From contig JALUEE010000085.1 of NCBI GenBank assembly GCA_027053075.1, forward strand, positions 1-34,014: 34,014 bases of DNA, written 5' to 3'. Below are positions 8,479 to 17,138 of the stretch, in pieces. The DNA comes from a candidate division WOR-3 bacterium (GTDB lineage: Bacteria > Hydrothermota > Hydrothermia > B15-G9 > WFZT01). A program made the position numbers and the translations under genes. A model generated the notes under the pieces. That model did not search any database and was not told the origin of the DNA. It saw only the letters and a list, made by a program, of their open reading frames with translations. Position 1 is the stretch's first letter, and each line of letters begins with the position of its first letter.

Positions 8479-10432
8479 ACTAATTTTAACAATGATTCTC
8501 GCATACAACTGGCCCGTTTCCCCTGTTAACCAGCAGCACAATATATCTGGAACCTTTGGTGAGTTTCGGCATACTTTTTCGATCCACTATCACAATGGCG
8601 TTGATATACCAGCCCCGGAAGGGACACCAGTTTATGCAGTTTTAGGCGGCGAGGTGCTATGGATGGAATCGGGATTCAACGGAGGCATAAGGGTCGGAAG
8701 ATTTGCCTATATACACGTTATTCCGAGAAGTGACCTCCATCTTGGTGACCATGTGAATCAGGGAGAAGTTGTCGGCTATATCAACGAAGGTGCCCACGTG
8801 CATTTTAAAGACGGCGGTGGCGCTTCATCCTACCCTGTGAGGAATCCACTGATGCCAGATGCCCTGCAGCCCTTTGATGATCCATGGGGAACCAACGTTT
8901 ATCGCGTGGCATTCTTTTCCCATTATCTTGACCATCAGATGAATCCAGATTCACTCTGGGGATGGGTTGATATCGTCGCAGGTGCCCTTGATACAACAGG
9001 ATACGGGGAGGCTGCTCAAAACAACGGAATTTATGCCATCTGGTATGAGGTCCTGACCTCGGACACGGATAGTGTGGTTGTGGGCCCCCATCAGCTTGTT
9101 AGATTCGAATACCTGCCATCTACACCTGTTGAGGAAGTTTATTATATTCCATGGTCGAGCAATCAGAGCCACAATTACATTGTAACCAATTCTGCCTCGA
9201 AAAGTGTTGGTTATTTGAATTTGAATCGACTCCCCGGAGGCGATTACGTTCTTGCAGTTTATGCCACAGATACACGGGAAAATTACGATACCAATTTTGT
9301 AAGAATTCATGTTCTCCCACCAGATACAACTCTACCTGAGGTGCCGGTTTTGAAGACTCTTAAACTTTTGGATGACGGAAGAGCGATGCTAACGTGGCAA
9401 CGGGATACAGTTGACAATGACCTCGCTGGTTACAAACTTTACCTGAACTTCAACCATTATGGCTGGAATGAATGGGCTACGCTTTCACCCTCGGACACAT
9501 CTTTCACCACATCCCATCCTCTCGTTAATAACTGGGATTTTTATTTTAAGCTGGTGGCTTATGACAATATGGGGAATTACAGCGATTCCTCGACCACCTA
9601 CGTGGTGAGACGTACAAATTCACCTGACCGGGTTTTGATAGTTGATGGCAACGATATAGAAAGGGGGAATGATTACTTTGAAACCTACCTCACGGGAATT
9701 GAGAATATAACAGTTGAAACTGCATCCTGGCGGTCTTTGCCGGACCTTTCTAACTATAAGCTGGTTATCTGGAGCTCTGGAAGCGATACAACGGAGATTG
9801 ATACGGCCGCTTTAGAGAGTTTTATCTCAAATGGTGGAAAGCTTTTTATCAATGGCGCAAATATCGCAAAGAAATACAGGGACACAGGCTTTTTGCGTTC
9901 ACTTGGGGCTGTCTTTGTATCTGATTCTACAACCAATGATACAGTGGAGTCCCGACCATGTGGCCCATTTTATGACCTATCAAGCGTTATTTTGAATGGC
10001 CTCGAATCCGATGTAATAGACACAGTTACAGGTGGATTCGCTATTATGCGTTTTAGAGGAGATGGCACAGCAGGAGTGCTGAGTCCCGATTCAAACGCAA
10101 TTTTCTTCAGCTTTTCAATAGACCATGCCAGCAATGACAGTTTTAAAATCGGTGTACTTCGGAGGCTCATTGGTTTCTTTGGCGTAACAGAAGTTAGTGA
10201 AAGCTTCAATCCCGGTGATGAGGCATTCAAGCTCAGGTTCTCAATAAGCGGGAACGTCTATACAAATGCTAAAAAGCCAGAGATATTGAACATTTACAAC
10301 CCTGCTGGAAGGCTTATAAAAACTCTGCGAATCGAGCCCGGAATAAGAAATTATTCACTTGATCTGGGAAGTGGAGTGTATTTTTACAGAATTAAGAACG
10401 GGCCTGTGGGCAGATTCCTGATTGTTAAGTGA
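8468..10432 (+). CDS. M23-family metallopeptidase with FN3-like domain and T9SS-type C-terminal sorting domain
   Basis: HNGVD (HxxxD) and HVH (HxH). FN3-like LTW..DLAGYKLY..YFKLVAYD. CTD IYNPAGRLI..GVYFYRI..RFLIVK. Confidence 0.85.
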   Translation: MSFKLILTMILAYNWPVSPVNQQHNISGTFGEFRHTFSIHYHNGVDIPAPEGTPVYAVLGGEVLWMESGFNGGIRVGRFAYIHVIPRSDLHLGDHVNQGEVVGYINEGAHVHFKDGGGASSYPVRNPLMPDALQPFDDPWGTNVYRVAFFSHYLDHQMNPDSLWGWVDIVAGALDTTGYGEAAQNNGIYAIWYEVLTSDTDSVVVGPHQLVRFEYLPSTPVEEVYYIPWSSNQSHNYIVTNSASKSVGYLNLNRLPGGDYVLAVYATDTRENYDTNFVRIHVLPPDTTLPEVPVLKTLKLLDDGRAMLTWQRDTVDNDLAGYKLYLNFNHYGWNEWATLSPSDTSFTTSHPLVNNWDFYFKLVAYDNMGNYSDSSTTYVVRRTNSPDRVLIVDGNDIERGNDYFETYLTGIENITVETASWRSLPDLSNYKLVIWSSGSDTTEIDTAALESFISNGGKLFINGANIAKKYRDTGFLRSLGAVFVSDSTTNDTVESRPCGPFYDLSSVILNGLESDVIDTVTGGFAIMRFRGDGTAGVLSPDSNAIFFSFSIDHASNDSFKIGVLRRLIGFFGVTEVSESFNPGDEAFKLRFSISGNVYTNAKKPEILNIYNPAGRLIKTLRIEPGIRNYSLDLGSGVYFYRIKNGPVGRFLIVK

Positions 10433-11640
10433 TGTTTGAATACAGAGATGGAATTTTATACTGCGAAGACGTACCTGTGCCGGAGATTGCCAGGAAATAT
10501 GGCACTCCGGTTTATGTATATTCCAGAAGAGAAATTGAGCGGAGGATTTCGAAGTTAAAAAGTGTTTTCGGGGATGTCCCACACCTCATTGCATACTCGC
10601 TCAAGGCAAACAACAATCCGATACTTCTTAAAATTATTAAGGATGCCGGTCTCGGAGCGGATACTGTTTCTGTGGGAGAGGTGAAACTTGCCCTCGACCT
10701 TGGTTTTGAGCCCGAGAAGATTGTTTTTGCAGGTGTTGGTAAGAGAAGGTACGAGCTCGAGTTTGCCATTGAGAAGGGGATTAAATCAATTAATGTTGAA
10801 TCTTACGAAGAGCTTCTTCTGATTGACGAGATTGCGAAGGCACTTTCAAGGCCAGTTGCCGTGGCACTCAGGGTTAATCCAGATGTGGCACCAAAGACCA
10901 TTGATAAAATTGCCACTGCGAAGAAAACGAGTAAATTCGGGATCGATATGGAGACTGCACGGCACATTTTTTCGAATTTTAAGTCCGGGTATGTCCAGAT
11001 CAGAGGGTTACACGTCCACATTGGCTCGCAGATTTTCGAGTATGAGCCGTATATAGAGGCAGTTGAGAAAGTTGCTCCTTTGGTTAATGGAAAGTTGGAA
11101 TTTTTTGATGTAGGCGGGGGTTTTGGAGTTGATTACGAAGGCGATGGAAGGGAATTTGATTTTGAGGGCTTCAAAAAGTATGTGGTTCCACGAATCTTGG
11201 AGCTTGCAGACGAGGTGGTAACCGAGCCCGGGCGATTTATTATTGCGAAGTCATCAATTCTTGTGACTGAGGTTCTGTATCGAAAGCCTCATTTTATCAT
11301 TGTGGATGCGGGAATGAACGATTTTTCTCGTCCTGCTTACTATGGGGCACGGCACAGAATCGTGAATGTAACTTTGAAGGGCAGGAAAAAAGAGGCCGTT
11401 GGAGTAGGGGGGCCTGTGTGTGAGTCCACCGATGTTTTTGGTAAGGATTTTGAGCTTGAGATACCAGATAGGGGAGAGCTTCTTGCCATAATGGATACCG
11501 GTGCCTATGGGATGAGCATGGCATCAAATTACAACGCGCGTCCACGACCGGCCGAGGTCTTATGCGAAGGCAAATCTTACAGATTAATCCGACACCGCGA
11601 ACCCCTCGAAGACGTATTATGGCGAGGAGTACAAGAATAG
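10432..11640 (+). CDS. lysA: Diaminopimelate decarboxylase
   Basis: YGTPVYVY, YSLKAN (PLP lysine), HVHIGSQ, GGGFG, EPGR, GPVCESTD, GAYG..MASNYN. TGATG coupling; GTG 10429 is an alternative start. Confidence 0.95.
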   Translation: MFEYRDGILYCEDVPVPEIARKYGTPVYVYSRREIERRISKLKSVFGDVPHLIAYSLKANNNPILLKIIKDAGLGADTVSVGEVKLALDLGFEPEKIVFAGVGKRRYELEFAIEKGIKSINVESYEELLLIDEIAKALSRPVAVALRVNPDVAPKTIDKIATAKKTSKFGIDMETARHIFSNFKSGYVQIRGLHVHIGSQIFEYEPYIEAVEKVAPLVNGKLEFFDVGGGFGVDYEGDGREFDFEGFKKYVVPRILELADEVVTEPGRFIIAKSSILVTEVLYRKPHFIIVDAGMNDFSRPAYYGARHRIVNVTLKGRKKEAVGVGGPVCESTDVFGKDFELEIPDRGELLAIMDTGAYGMSMASNYNARPRPAEVLCEGKSYRLIRHREPLEDVLWRGVQE

Positions 11641-11648
11641 TTCACCTT

Positions 11649-12062
11649 TTATTCCTCCTCGGAAGGAATTTTCAAAAGTGGCAAAAATAGAGGCGGATAG
11701 CCCATTTTCGCAAAAAGTGTCGAAACTGTTTCTCTCAAATATGGCCATCCATGGAGAATTGCGCTGGACTTAGCGTAAGTTTCAACATGCTCCGAATTCA
11801 AAAGCTCTGCATCATCAACGTGGTAATCGAGTTGCTGGGTAATAAGCACCTTAAAGGCTATTTTCCTTTTTAACCTACCAATAAGTTGCAAAGTTTGTGT
11901 GATCTCAAAGCCATTTTCTTCGTCTATTGAGTAAGAATAACTGAATTCGAGCTTTAAACTGGGGAGCTCGTCTTTATATCTTATACGGTTATCAACCATG
12001 AGTTTGACGATAAAAATATCTTTCAACTCAGTGGAATTTACAAATTCAGAATATTTATCCAT
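11649..12062 (-). CDS. SecB-like chaperone (TA-associated)
   Basis: 137 aa with the C-terminal SecB-type motif AILHGWPYLRETVSTLFAKMGYPPLFLPLL. ATG 12062 follows GAGGTG. Downstream of hicAB. Confidence 0.8.
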   Translation of the reverse strand: MDKYSEFVNSTELKDIFIVKLMVDNRIRYKDELPSLKLEFSYSYSIDEENGFEITQTLQLIGRLKRKIAFKVLITQQLDYHVDDAELLNSEHVETYAKSSAILHGWPYLRETVSTLFAKMGYPPLFLPLLKIPSEEE

Positions 12063-12172
12063 TCTTTCACCTCTCAAGTCTCAAGCTGGAATAATTTTTC
12101 TACCAGTTGCCTGCTTTTTAGTAACGACAAAATCTTTTACTTTTAATGACTTCCAGCCCTCCTGAGTTTGAG

Positions 12173-12607
12173 TTAGAGTATTCGTTTTAATAGGCTTTTA
12201 ATCTCCTCTATTTCTTTTTTAATCCCCATCTCGCTTTCATATCTACCCATGGCGTAGGATATCAATTTCAGGATGAATGAATTGAGGCTTATACCTTCCT
12301 CCTGAGCCAATTCGACAAGCTTTTTGTGTAAAGAAGGGGGTAGTCTCAGCAGAAGTCGTCCACTAAAATTCCTTTCTGCCATAGGTTCTGGCAATTTTTT
12401 ACCCCTTTTGATTGCAGTTTCTATGTAAAGTTCTTTTGCCTCGTCAAGCATTTTAAGGACTTCTTCTAAAGTTTCACCGTAAGTTAGACATCCGGGTAGC
12501 TCTTTTATCCAGGCAACATACCCCCCTTCCGGGTCAGGTTCAATTTCAATTCTGTAAGGTTTTTTCATATATTTTTTAACCAGTTCACGAATTTTTTTGT
12601 CTTTCAT
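12173..12607 (-). CDS. hicB: HicB-family antitoxin with RHH-type domain
   Basis: EGGYVAWIKELPGCLTYGETLEE and FSGRLLLRLPPSLHKKLVELAQEEGISLN. Confidence 0.93.
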   Translation of the reverse strand: MKDKKIRELVKKYMKKPYRIEIEPDPEGGYVAWIKELPGCLTYGETLEEVLKMLDEAKELYIETAIKRGKKLPEPMAERNFSGRLLLRLPPSLHKKLVELAQEEGISLNSFILKLISYAMGRYESEMGIKKEIEEIKSLLKRIL

Positions 12608-12872
12608 ACCAATCCTCCAGGTTTAAAATTTTTGCAACTTTTCTCAAATAAACTCGTTTAACTCTGCGGCCCTTGATGGTTGGAATTGTAATCTGGTCAT
12701 CTTCGTAATCCACTCCCTCAACGGGGTTGGTGAGAACAAAGATGTTATGACTTCCCTTTTTATTAACAAGTTCAAAACCAAATGCTTCAAGGATTTTTGC
12801 CAATTCATCGTATGAAAACTCTGCAGGAAATCTGAGTAATCTCTCAACCCTTTTTAAAAGTGATTTTCCCAT
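12585..12872 (-). CDS. hicA: HicA-family toxin (mRNA interferase)
   Basis: LEAFGF..KGSHNIF..ITIP. Basic 95 aa protein overlapping the hicB start. Confidence 0.92.
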   Translation of the reverse strand: MGKSLLKRVERLLRFPAEFSYDELAKILEAFGFELVNKKGSHNIFVLTNPVEGVDYEDDQITIPTIKGRRVKRVYLRKVAKILNLEDWYERQKNS

Positions 12873-12876
12873 TTAG

Positions 12877-12913
12877 TATCATATACGATATCACATGAAA
12901 CTAAGAGTGTCAA
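12877..12913 (-). promoter_or_regulatory. hicAB promoter with overlapping palindromic operator
   Basis: TTGACA (12913-12908), 17 nt, TATCGT (12890-12885). Near-palindrome TATCGTA/TATGATA (12890-12877) covers the -10 element. Confidence 0.65.
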
Positions 12914-13093
12914 GTAGTGGAAGAGTTTGCGAGAGACAAAAGAATCTAAGTATTCCCTTCCTTTCGGGAAGGAGTAGGTAGGGAAAATGGAGAAAGAAAA
13001 GTGGCTTAAAATATTAGAAAATTTGCCGTTTTTAGCATAAATTACGGGTGAGAATTTTTAAAAATGCACAACATCAATCACAAATTCAAAAAA

Positions 13094-13299
13094 TCCCTCC
13101 CCCACAAGCTCAGCTTGTGGGGGAGGGCAAGGGAGGGGGCATTCCGCTTGAAAAAATAGAAAATTTATGTGTATCCCTCACCCCGACCCTCTCCCACTTC
13201 GTGGGAGAGGGAGATTAGTTGATTGAGATTTTGCCAGATGTGACCCCTCACCACAATCCTCTCCCCGCCAAAAATTTATGCGGGGAGAGGAAGTTTTTT
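13094..13299. repeat. Composite three-hairpin repeat, homologous to 1069-1281
   Basis: CCCTCCCCCACAAGC-TCA-GCTTGTGGGGGAGGG..GGGAGGGGGCATTCCGCTT; CCCTCACCCCGACCCTCTCCCAC-TTC-GTGGGAGAGGG; AGATGTGACCCCTCAC..TCCTCTCCCCGC..GCGGGGAGAGGAAGTTTT. Confidence 0.9.
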
Positions 13300-13522
13300 C
13301 TTAGTCAGGTAAATTCTTGCCAGTGTTTCAAAAAATTCTCCAATGGCCATGTATCTCTTAAGCCTATCTTTCGGCGAGGAAGGATGGGTCAATAAAATCT
13401 CTTGCGTATTTTATGCGTGAGATGACATCGATATGAGTAAATGGTGTAACCAGCATTGATAAGCCCAGGGTGACATCATTCCCATCCAATTTCTCCCACT
13501 CAGGGCTTATAATAAGCAAACT

Positions 13523-15100
13523 ATGAATGGGAGAAAGTTTGAAACCCTATCCGGGATACCCATTAAAGAGGTTTACAGGGCAGAAGACCTTGAAGGCTTT
13601 GACCCTGAAAAAAAACTGGGAGAGCCCGGAAGGCCCCCATTTACCCGCGGAGTCTATCCCAATATGTACCGCGGAAGACTCTGGACCATGCGTCAGTACG
13701 CAGGATTTGGCTCCGCAGAAGACACCAATAAAAGATTCCTGTATCTCCTTTCACAGGGGCAAACAGGGCTCTCAGTTGCTTTTGATTTGCCAACTCAATT
13801 GGGATACGATTCCGATCATCCCTTGGCAGAAGGAGAGATTGGCCGCACAGGGGTGGCTGTTTCCACAGTCCAAGACCTGTCCATAGTTTTCAAAGGCATT
13901 AATTTAGGTGAAGTCTCCACTTCAATGACCATCAACGCTACAGCTCCTATTCTCCTTGCCATGTACATTGTTATAGCAGACCGAAATGGTGTGCCTCGCG
14001 AAAAACTTTCCGGTACCGTCCAAAATGACATTCTAAAAGAATTTGCCGCAAGAGGAAATTATATCTATCCAGTGGAACCTTCCATGAGGCTTGTTGGTGA
14101 CCTGATTGAATTTTCCGCAAAATACCTGCCCAAATGGAATCCTATCTCCATTTCTGGCTATCATTACCGGGAAGCTGGAGCAACCGCAGTTGAGGAATTA
14201 GCTTTTACTTTTGCAGATGGAATTGCTTACGTTGAAGAGGTTAAAAAGCGCGGGATTGACGTGGATAAATTCGCTCCTCGGCTGTCATTCTTTTTCAACT
14301 CTCACAATTATTTCTTCGAGGAAGTGGCAAAATTCAGGGCTGCAAGGAGAATCTGGTATAGGATAATGAAAGAGCGATTTAATGCGCAAAATGAAAAATC
14401 CATGAGGCTCAGATTTCACACTCAGACAGCAGGCTCAGCCCTCGTGGCACAGCAGCCTTTAAACAATATCATCAGGGTCACACTTCAGGCCCTTGCCGCT
14501 GTCTTAGGTGGCACACAATCATTGCATACAAATTCATTTGACGAGGCACTCGCACTTCCCACCGAGCTTTCTGCAACAGTTGCATTGAGAACCCAGCAAA
14601 TCATTGCTTACGAATCCGGAGTGGCAGACTCTGTTGACCCCCTCGCTGGCTCTTACATGGTGGAGAAACTTACAGACCAGATTGAGGAACAGGTCTGGGA
14701 ACTCCTGAAGCAGATTGACGAAATGGGTGGTGCTGTTGAAGCGATAAAAACTGGTTTTTTCCAGAAACGCATTGAGGAATCATCTTATAAGTATCAGATG
14801 GAAGTCGAGAAGGGAGAGCGAACCGTTGTGGGGTTAAACAGGTTTACTGTTGATGAGGAGCCCAAGATTGAGCTTTTGAAAGTTGATCCTGAGGTTGAAA
14901 AACGTCAGCTCGAGAGACTTAAAAAATTCAAGAAAAACAGAGATTTTGACAGGGTCAAAAAAACACTCGATAAGCTAAAGAATGCTGCTCTTAAAGAAGA
15001 TGAGAATTTGATGCCTATAATCATTGAAGCAGTTGAAAACAGGGCAACGTTGGGAGAAATTTCCGATGCCCTGAGGGAGGTCTGGGGTGAGTTTAAATAA
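13523..15100 (+). CDS. Methylmalonyl-CoA mutase, large (substrate-binding) subunit
   Basis: [57 protein letters not shown]. No C-terminal DxHxxG B12-binding domain. Confidence 0.93.
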   Translation: MNGRKFETLSGIPIKEVYRAEDLEGFDPEKKLGEPGRPPFTRGVYPNMYRGRLWTMRQYAGFGSAEDTNKRFLYLLSQGQTGLSVAFDLPTQLGYDSDHPLAEGEIGRTGVAVSTVQDLSIVFKGINLGEVSTSMTINATAPILLAMYIVIADRNGVPREKLSGTVQNDILKEFAARGNYIYPVEPSMRLVGDLIEFSAKYLPKWNPISISGYHYREAGATAVEELAFTFADGIAYVEEVKKRGIDVDKFAPRLSFFFNSHNYFFEEVAKFRAARRIWYRIMKERFNAQNEKSMRLRFHTQTAGSALVAQQPLNNIIRVTLQALAAVLGGTQSLHTNSFDEALALPTELSATVALRTQQIIAYESGVADSVDPLAGSYMVEKLTDQIEEQVWELLKQIDEMGGAVEAIKTGFFQKRIEESSYKYQMEVEKGERTVVGLNRFTVDEEPKIELLKVDPEVEKRQLERLKKFKKNRDFDRVKKTLDKLKNAALKEDENLMPIIIEAVENRATLGEISDALREVWGEFK

Positions 15101-15488
15101 GATAAATCATATTGGCATTGCAGTCAGTAACCTTGATAGGGCAGTTGAAATTTTTAAAACCCTATTTGGAAAAGAGCCTGAATTTGAAGTACTGGAGGAC
15201 CGTGGCCTGAAGCTTGCCATTTTTCATCTTGAAAATGTTCGCGTTGAGCTAACAGCACCCATCAGGGAGGGAACGGCCATTGATAATTTCTTGAAAAAAC
15301 GGGGAGATGGAATTCATCATCTCGCTTTCGAAACCGAGGATATAGAAAAGACTCTTGATCATTTTAGCAAAGAAGGTTTTGAGGTCATTGACGGTCCAAA
15401 GGAGGGGGCTGAAGGCTACATTGTTGCCTTTTTGAACCCAAAGCAGACCAATAGAGTGCTGATTGAGGTTGTTCAAGAGAAGGAGTAG
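15087..15488 (+). CDS. mce: Methylmalonyl-CoA epimerase
   Basis: [28 protein letters not shown] (VOC fold). Coupled to the mutase gene. Confidence 0.9.
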   Translation: MSLNKINHIGIAVSNLDRAVEIFKTLFGKEPEFEVLEDRGLKLAIFHLENVRVELTAPIREGTAIDNFLKKRGDGIHHLAFETEDIEKTLDHFSKEGFEVIDGPKEGAEGYIVAFLNPKQTNRVLIEVVQEKE

Positions 15489-15493
15489 AAATC

Positions 15494-16747
15494 ATGGGAA
15501 AAACCGTTGTTGAGAAAATTTTCGAAAGACACTCTGAGGAGAAAAATATCAAGCCTGGTGATATTGTATGGATTGATATTGACGTAAGAAGTGCGCGGGA
15601 TTTCGGTGGGCCTAACGTGGTTAAAAACTACGAAAGAGAGTACGACGACACACCCCTTGATGACCCTTCAAAAACCTTTTTTACCTTTGACCTTGTAGCA
15701 CCTCCAAAAACGATAAAGTATGCAGAAAATCAGCAGATTTGCAGGGATTTTGCCAGAAAACATGGGATAAAAGTATTCGACGTGGATTCTGGTATTGGCT
15801 CGCATGTGTTGTTTGAGGAAGGTATTGTTCGACCTTACAGCACTGCAGTGGGTACCGACAGTCATTACAACATTCTTGGTGCCCTTGGTGCATTTGGTCA
15901 GGGGATGGGAGATGTGGACATTGCTTTCGTTTTCAAAACTGGCAAAACATGGTTTGAAGTGCCAGAGACCATAAAAATCAATTTGAAGGGAAAGATTGAA
16001 TATCCTGTCACTGCAAAAGACCTCACATTGTTCATTCTAAGAAACATCGGGACGAAAGAGGCTCTTGGTAAGGCAATTGAATTTTACGGTGAGGTTTTTG
16101 AAGACATGGGGCTTGCTGGACGCATTACACTTGCAAGTATGGTTACAGAAATGGCCGGAATTATTGGTTTTATGCCCCCTGGAGAGAAATTTTTCGAAGA
16201 TTTGAGTAAATTTGCAGGAAAAGATTTTGAATATCCTGTGGCAGATGAAGATGCTAATTATGCTAAAGAAATTGAGATCAATATCGAAGGAATAAAACCG
16301 CAGGTTGCAGCTCCACCACACCCGGCTAATGTGTTTGATGTGGATGACCTTAAGGATGTAAAGGTGGAGACAGTATTTGTGGGCTCATGTACAAATGGAA
16401 GGGAAGAGGATATTGAATCTGTTGCCCGAATCCTGAAGGGCAAGAAGGTTCATCCCGGTGTTAGATTGGAGATTGTGCCTGCAACTAAGAGGGTGTGGGG
16501 TAACCTGCTTTTCAAGGGGGTATTAAAGGAGCTCTACGAAGCAGGTGCCATTATTGCAAATCCGAGCTGCGGTGGATGTGCCGAGGGACACATCGGAATG
16601 ACAGGCCATGAAGAGGTTATGGTGAGCACGGCCAACAGGAACTTCCCCGGAAAGCAGGGGTATGGTAAGGTGTATCTGGCCTCTCCAGAGGTTGCAGCGG
16701 CCTCTGCCATTTTGGGCAGAATAGCAAGTCCTTATGAGGTTTTGTGA
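15494..16747 (+). CDS. Aconitase/3-isopropylmalate dehydratase-family large subunit (divergent)
   Basis: MGKTVVEKI, GTDSH, GSCTNGR, SCGGC (three 4Fe-4S cysteines), STANRNFPG, YLASP. Confidence 0.88.
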   Translation: MGKTVVEKIFERHSEEKNIKPGDIVWIDIDVRSARDFGGPNVVKNYEREYDDTPLDDPSKTFFTFDLVAPPKTIKYAENQQICRDFARKHGIKVFDVDSGIGSHVLFEEGIVRPYSTAVGTDSHYNILGALGAFGQGMGDVDIAFVFKTGKTWFEVPETIKINLKGKIEYPVTAKDLTLFILRNIGTKEALGKAIEFYGEVFEDMGLAGRITLASMVTEMAGIIGFMPPGEKFFEDLSKFAGKDFEYPVADEDANYAKEIEINIEGIKPQVAAPPHPANVFDVDDLKDVKVETVFVGSCTNGREEDIESVARILKGKKVHPGVRLEIVPATKRVWGNLLFKGVLKELYEAGAIIANPSCGGCAEGHIGMTGHEEVMVSTANRNFPGKQGYGKVYLASPEVAAASAILGRIASPYEVL

Positions 16748-16810
16748 GGGGGATTCTCTGGTGAGGTGAATAATTTCTGATCGAGTTTTGTAGGAAGAAT
16801 TTAAGGTGAG

Positions 16811-16846
16811 GGGGGCGCGCACGAAGTGCGCGCCCCCTTAATTTTT
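16811..16846 (+). terminator. Probable intrinsic terminator built on the repeat-family hairpin
   Basis: GGGGGCGCGCAC-GAA-GTGCGCGCCCCC followed by TTAATTTTT, about 60 nt after the operon stop. Confidence 0.6.
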
Positions 16847-16943
16847 CCTTCTTGCACGAGTATCTGGAATTTTTCATCACAGTTCCCCTTAAGGAAAGGA
16901 ACTCATTCTCCCCCTCGCAATTTTTAAAAGGGCAATTAACTAC

Positions 16944-17075
16944 AAACTTCCTTTCTCCACATAAATTCTCTGTGGGGAGAGGTCAGGTGAGGGGTTACAA
17001 CTGAATTTTTAAAAATTATCAAGCGGAAGACCTTCTCCTCACGTACTTCGTGCGTGGATGAGGATGGGTGAGGGC
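16944..17075. repeat. Inverted copy of the palindromic repeat cluster
   Basis: The reverse complement gives AGTTGTAACCCCTCACCTGACCTCTCCCCACA..TGTGGAGAAAGGAAGTTT and TTCCGCTTGA, plus a unit with a C-TTC-G loop (17040-17056). Confidence 0.8.
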
Positions 17076-17084
17076 AGAACCACG

Positions 17085-17113
17085 TTGATTATTTGTGGGG
17101 CTGTCATTATGAT
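17085..17113 (+). promoter_or_regulatory. Putative sigma70 promoter of the GH18 gene
   Basis: TTGATT, 17 nt, TATGAT, then AAGGAG RBS. Confidence 0.55.
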
Positions 17114-17138
17114 AGAAAACCAAAAAGGAGATGGTTAA

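Noticed and set aside
13300..13505. Possible minus-strand gene relic ([13 protein letters not shown]..; KRYMAIGEFFETLARIY)
   Set aside because: Protein-like but short and frame-broken, with no recognisable family. Needs BLASTX.
15494..16747. Gene symbol leuC or hacA
   Set aside because: Active-site motifs diverge and no leucine or lysine pathway genes are adjacent.
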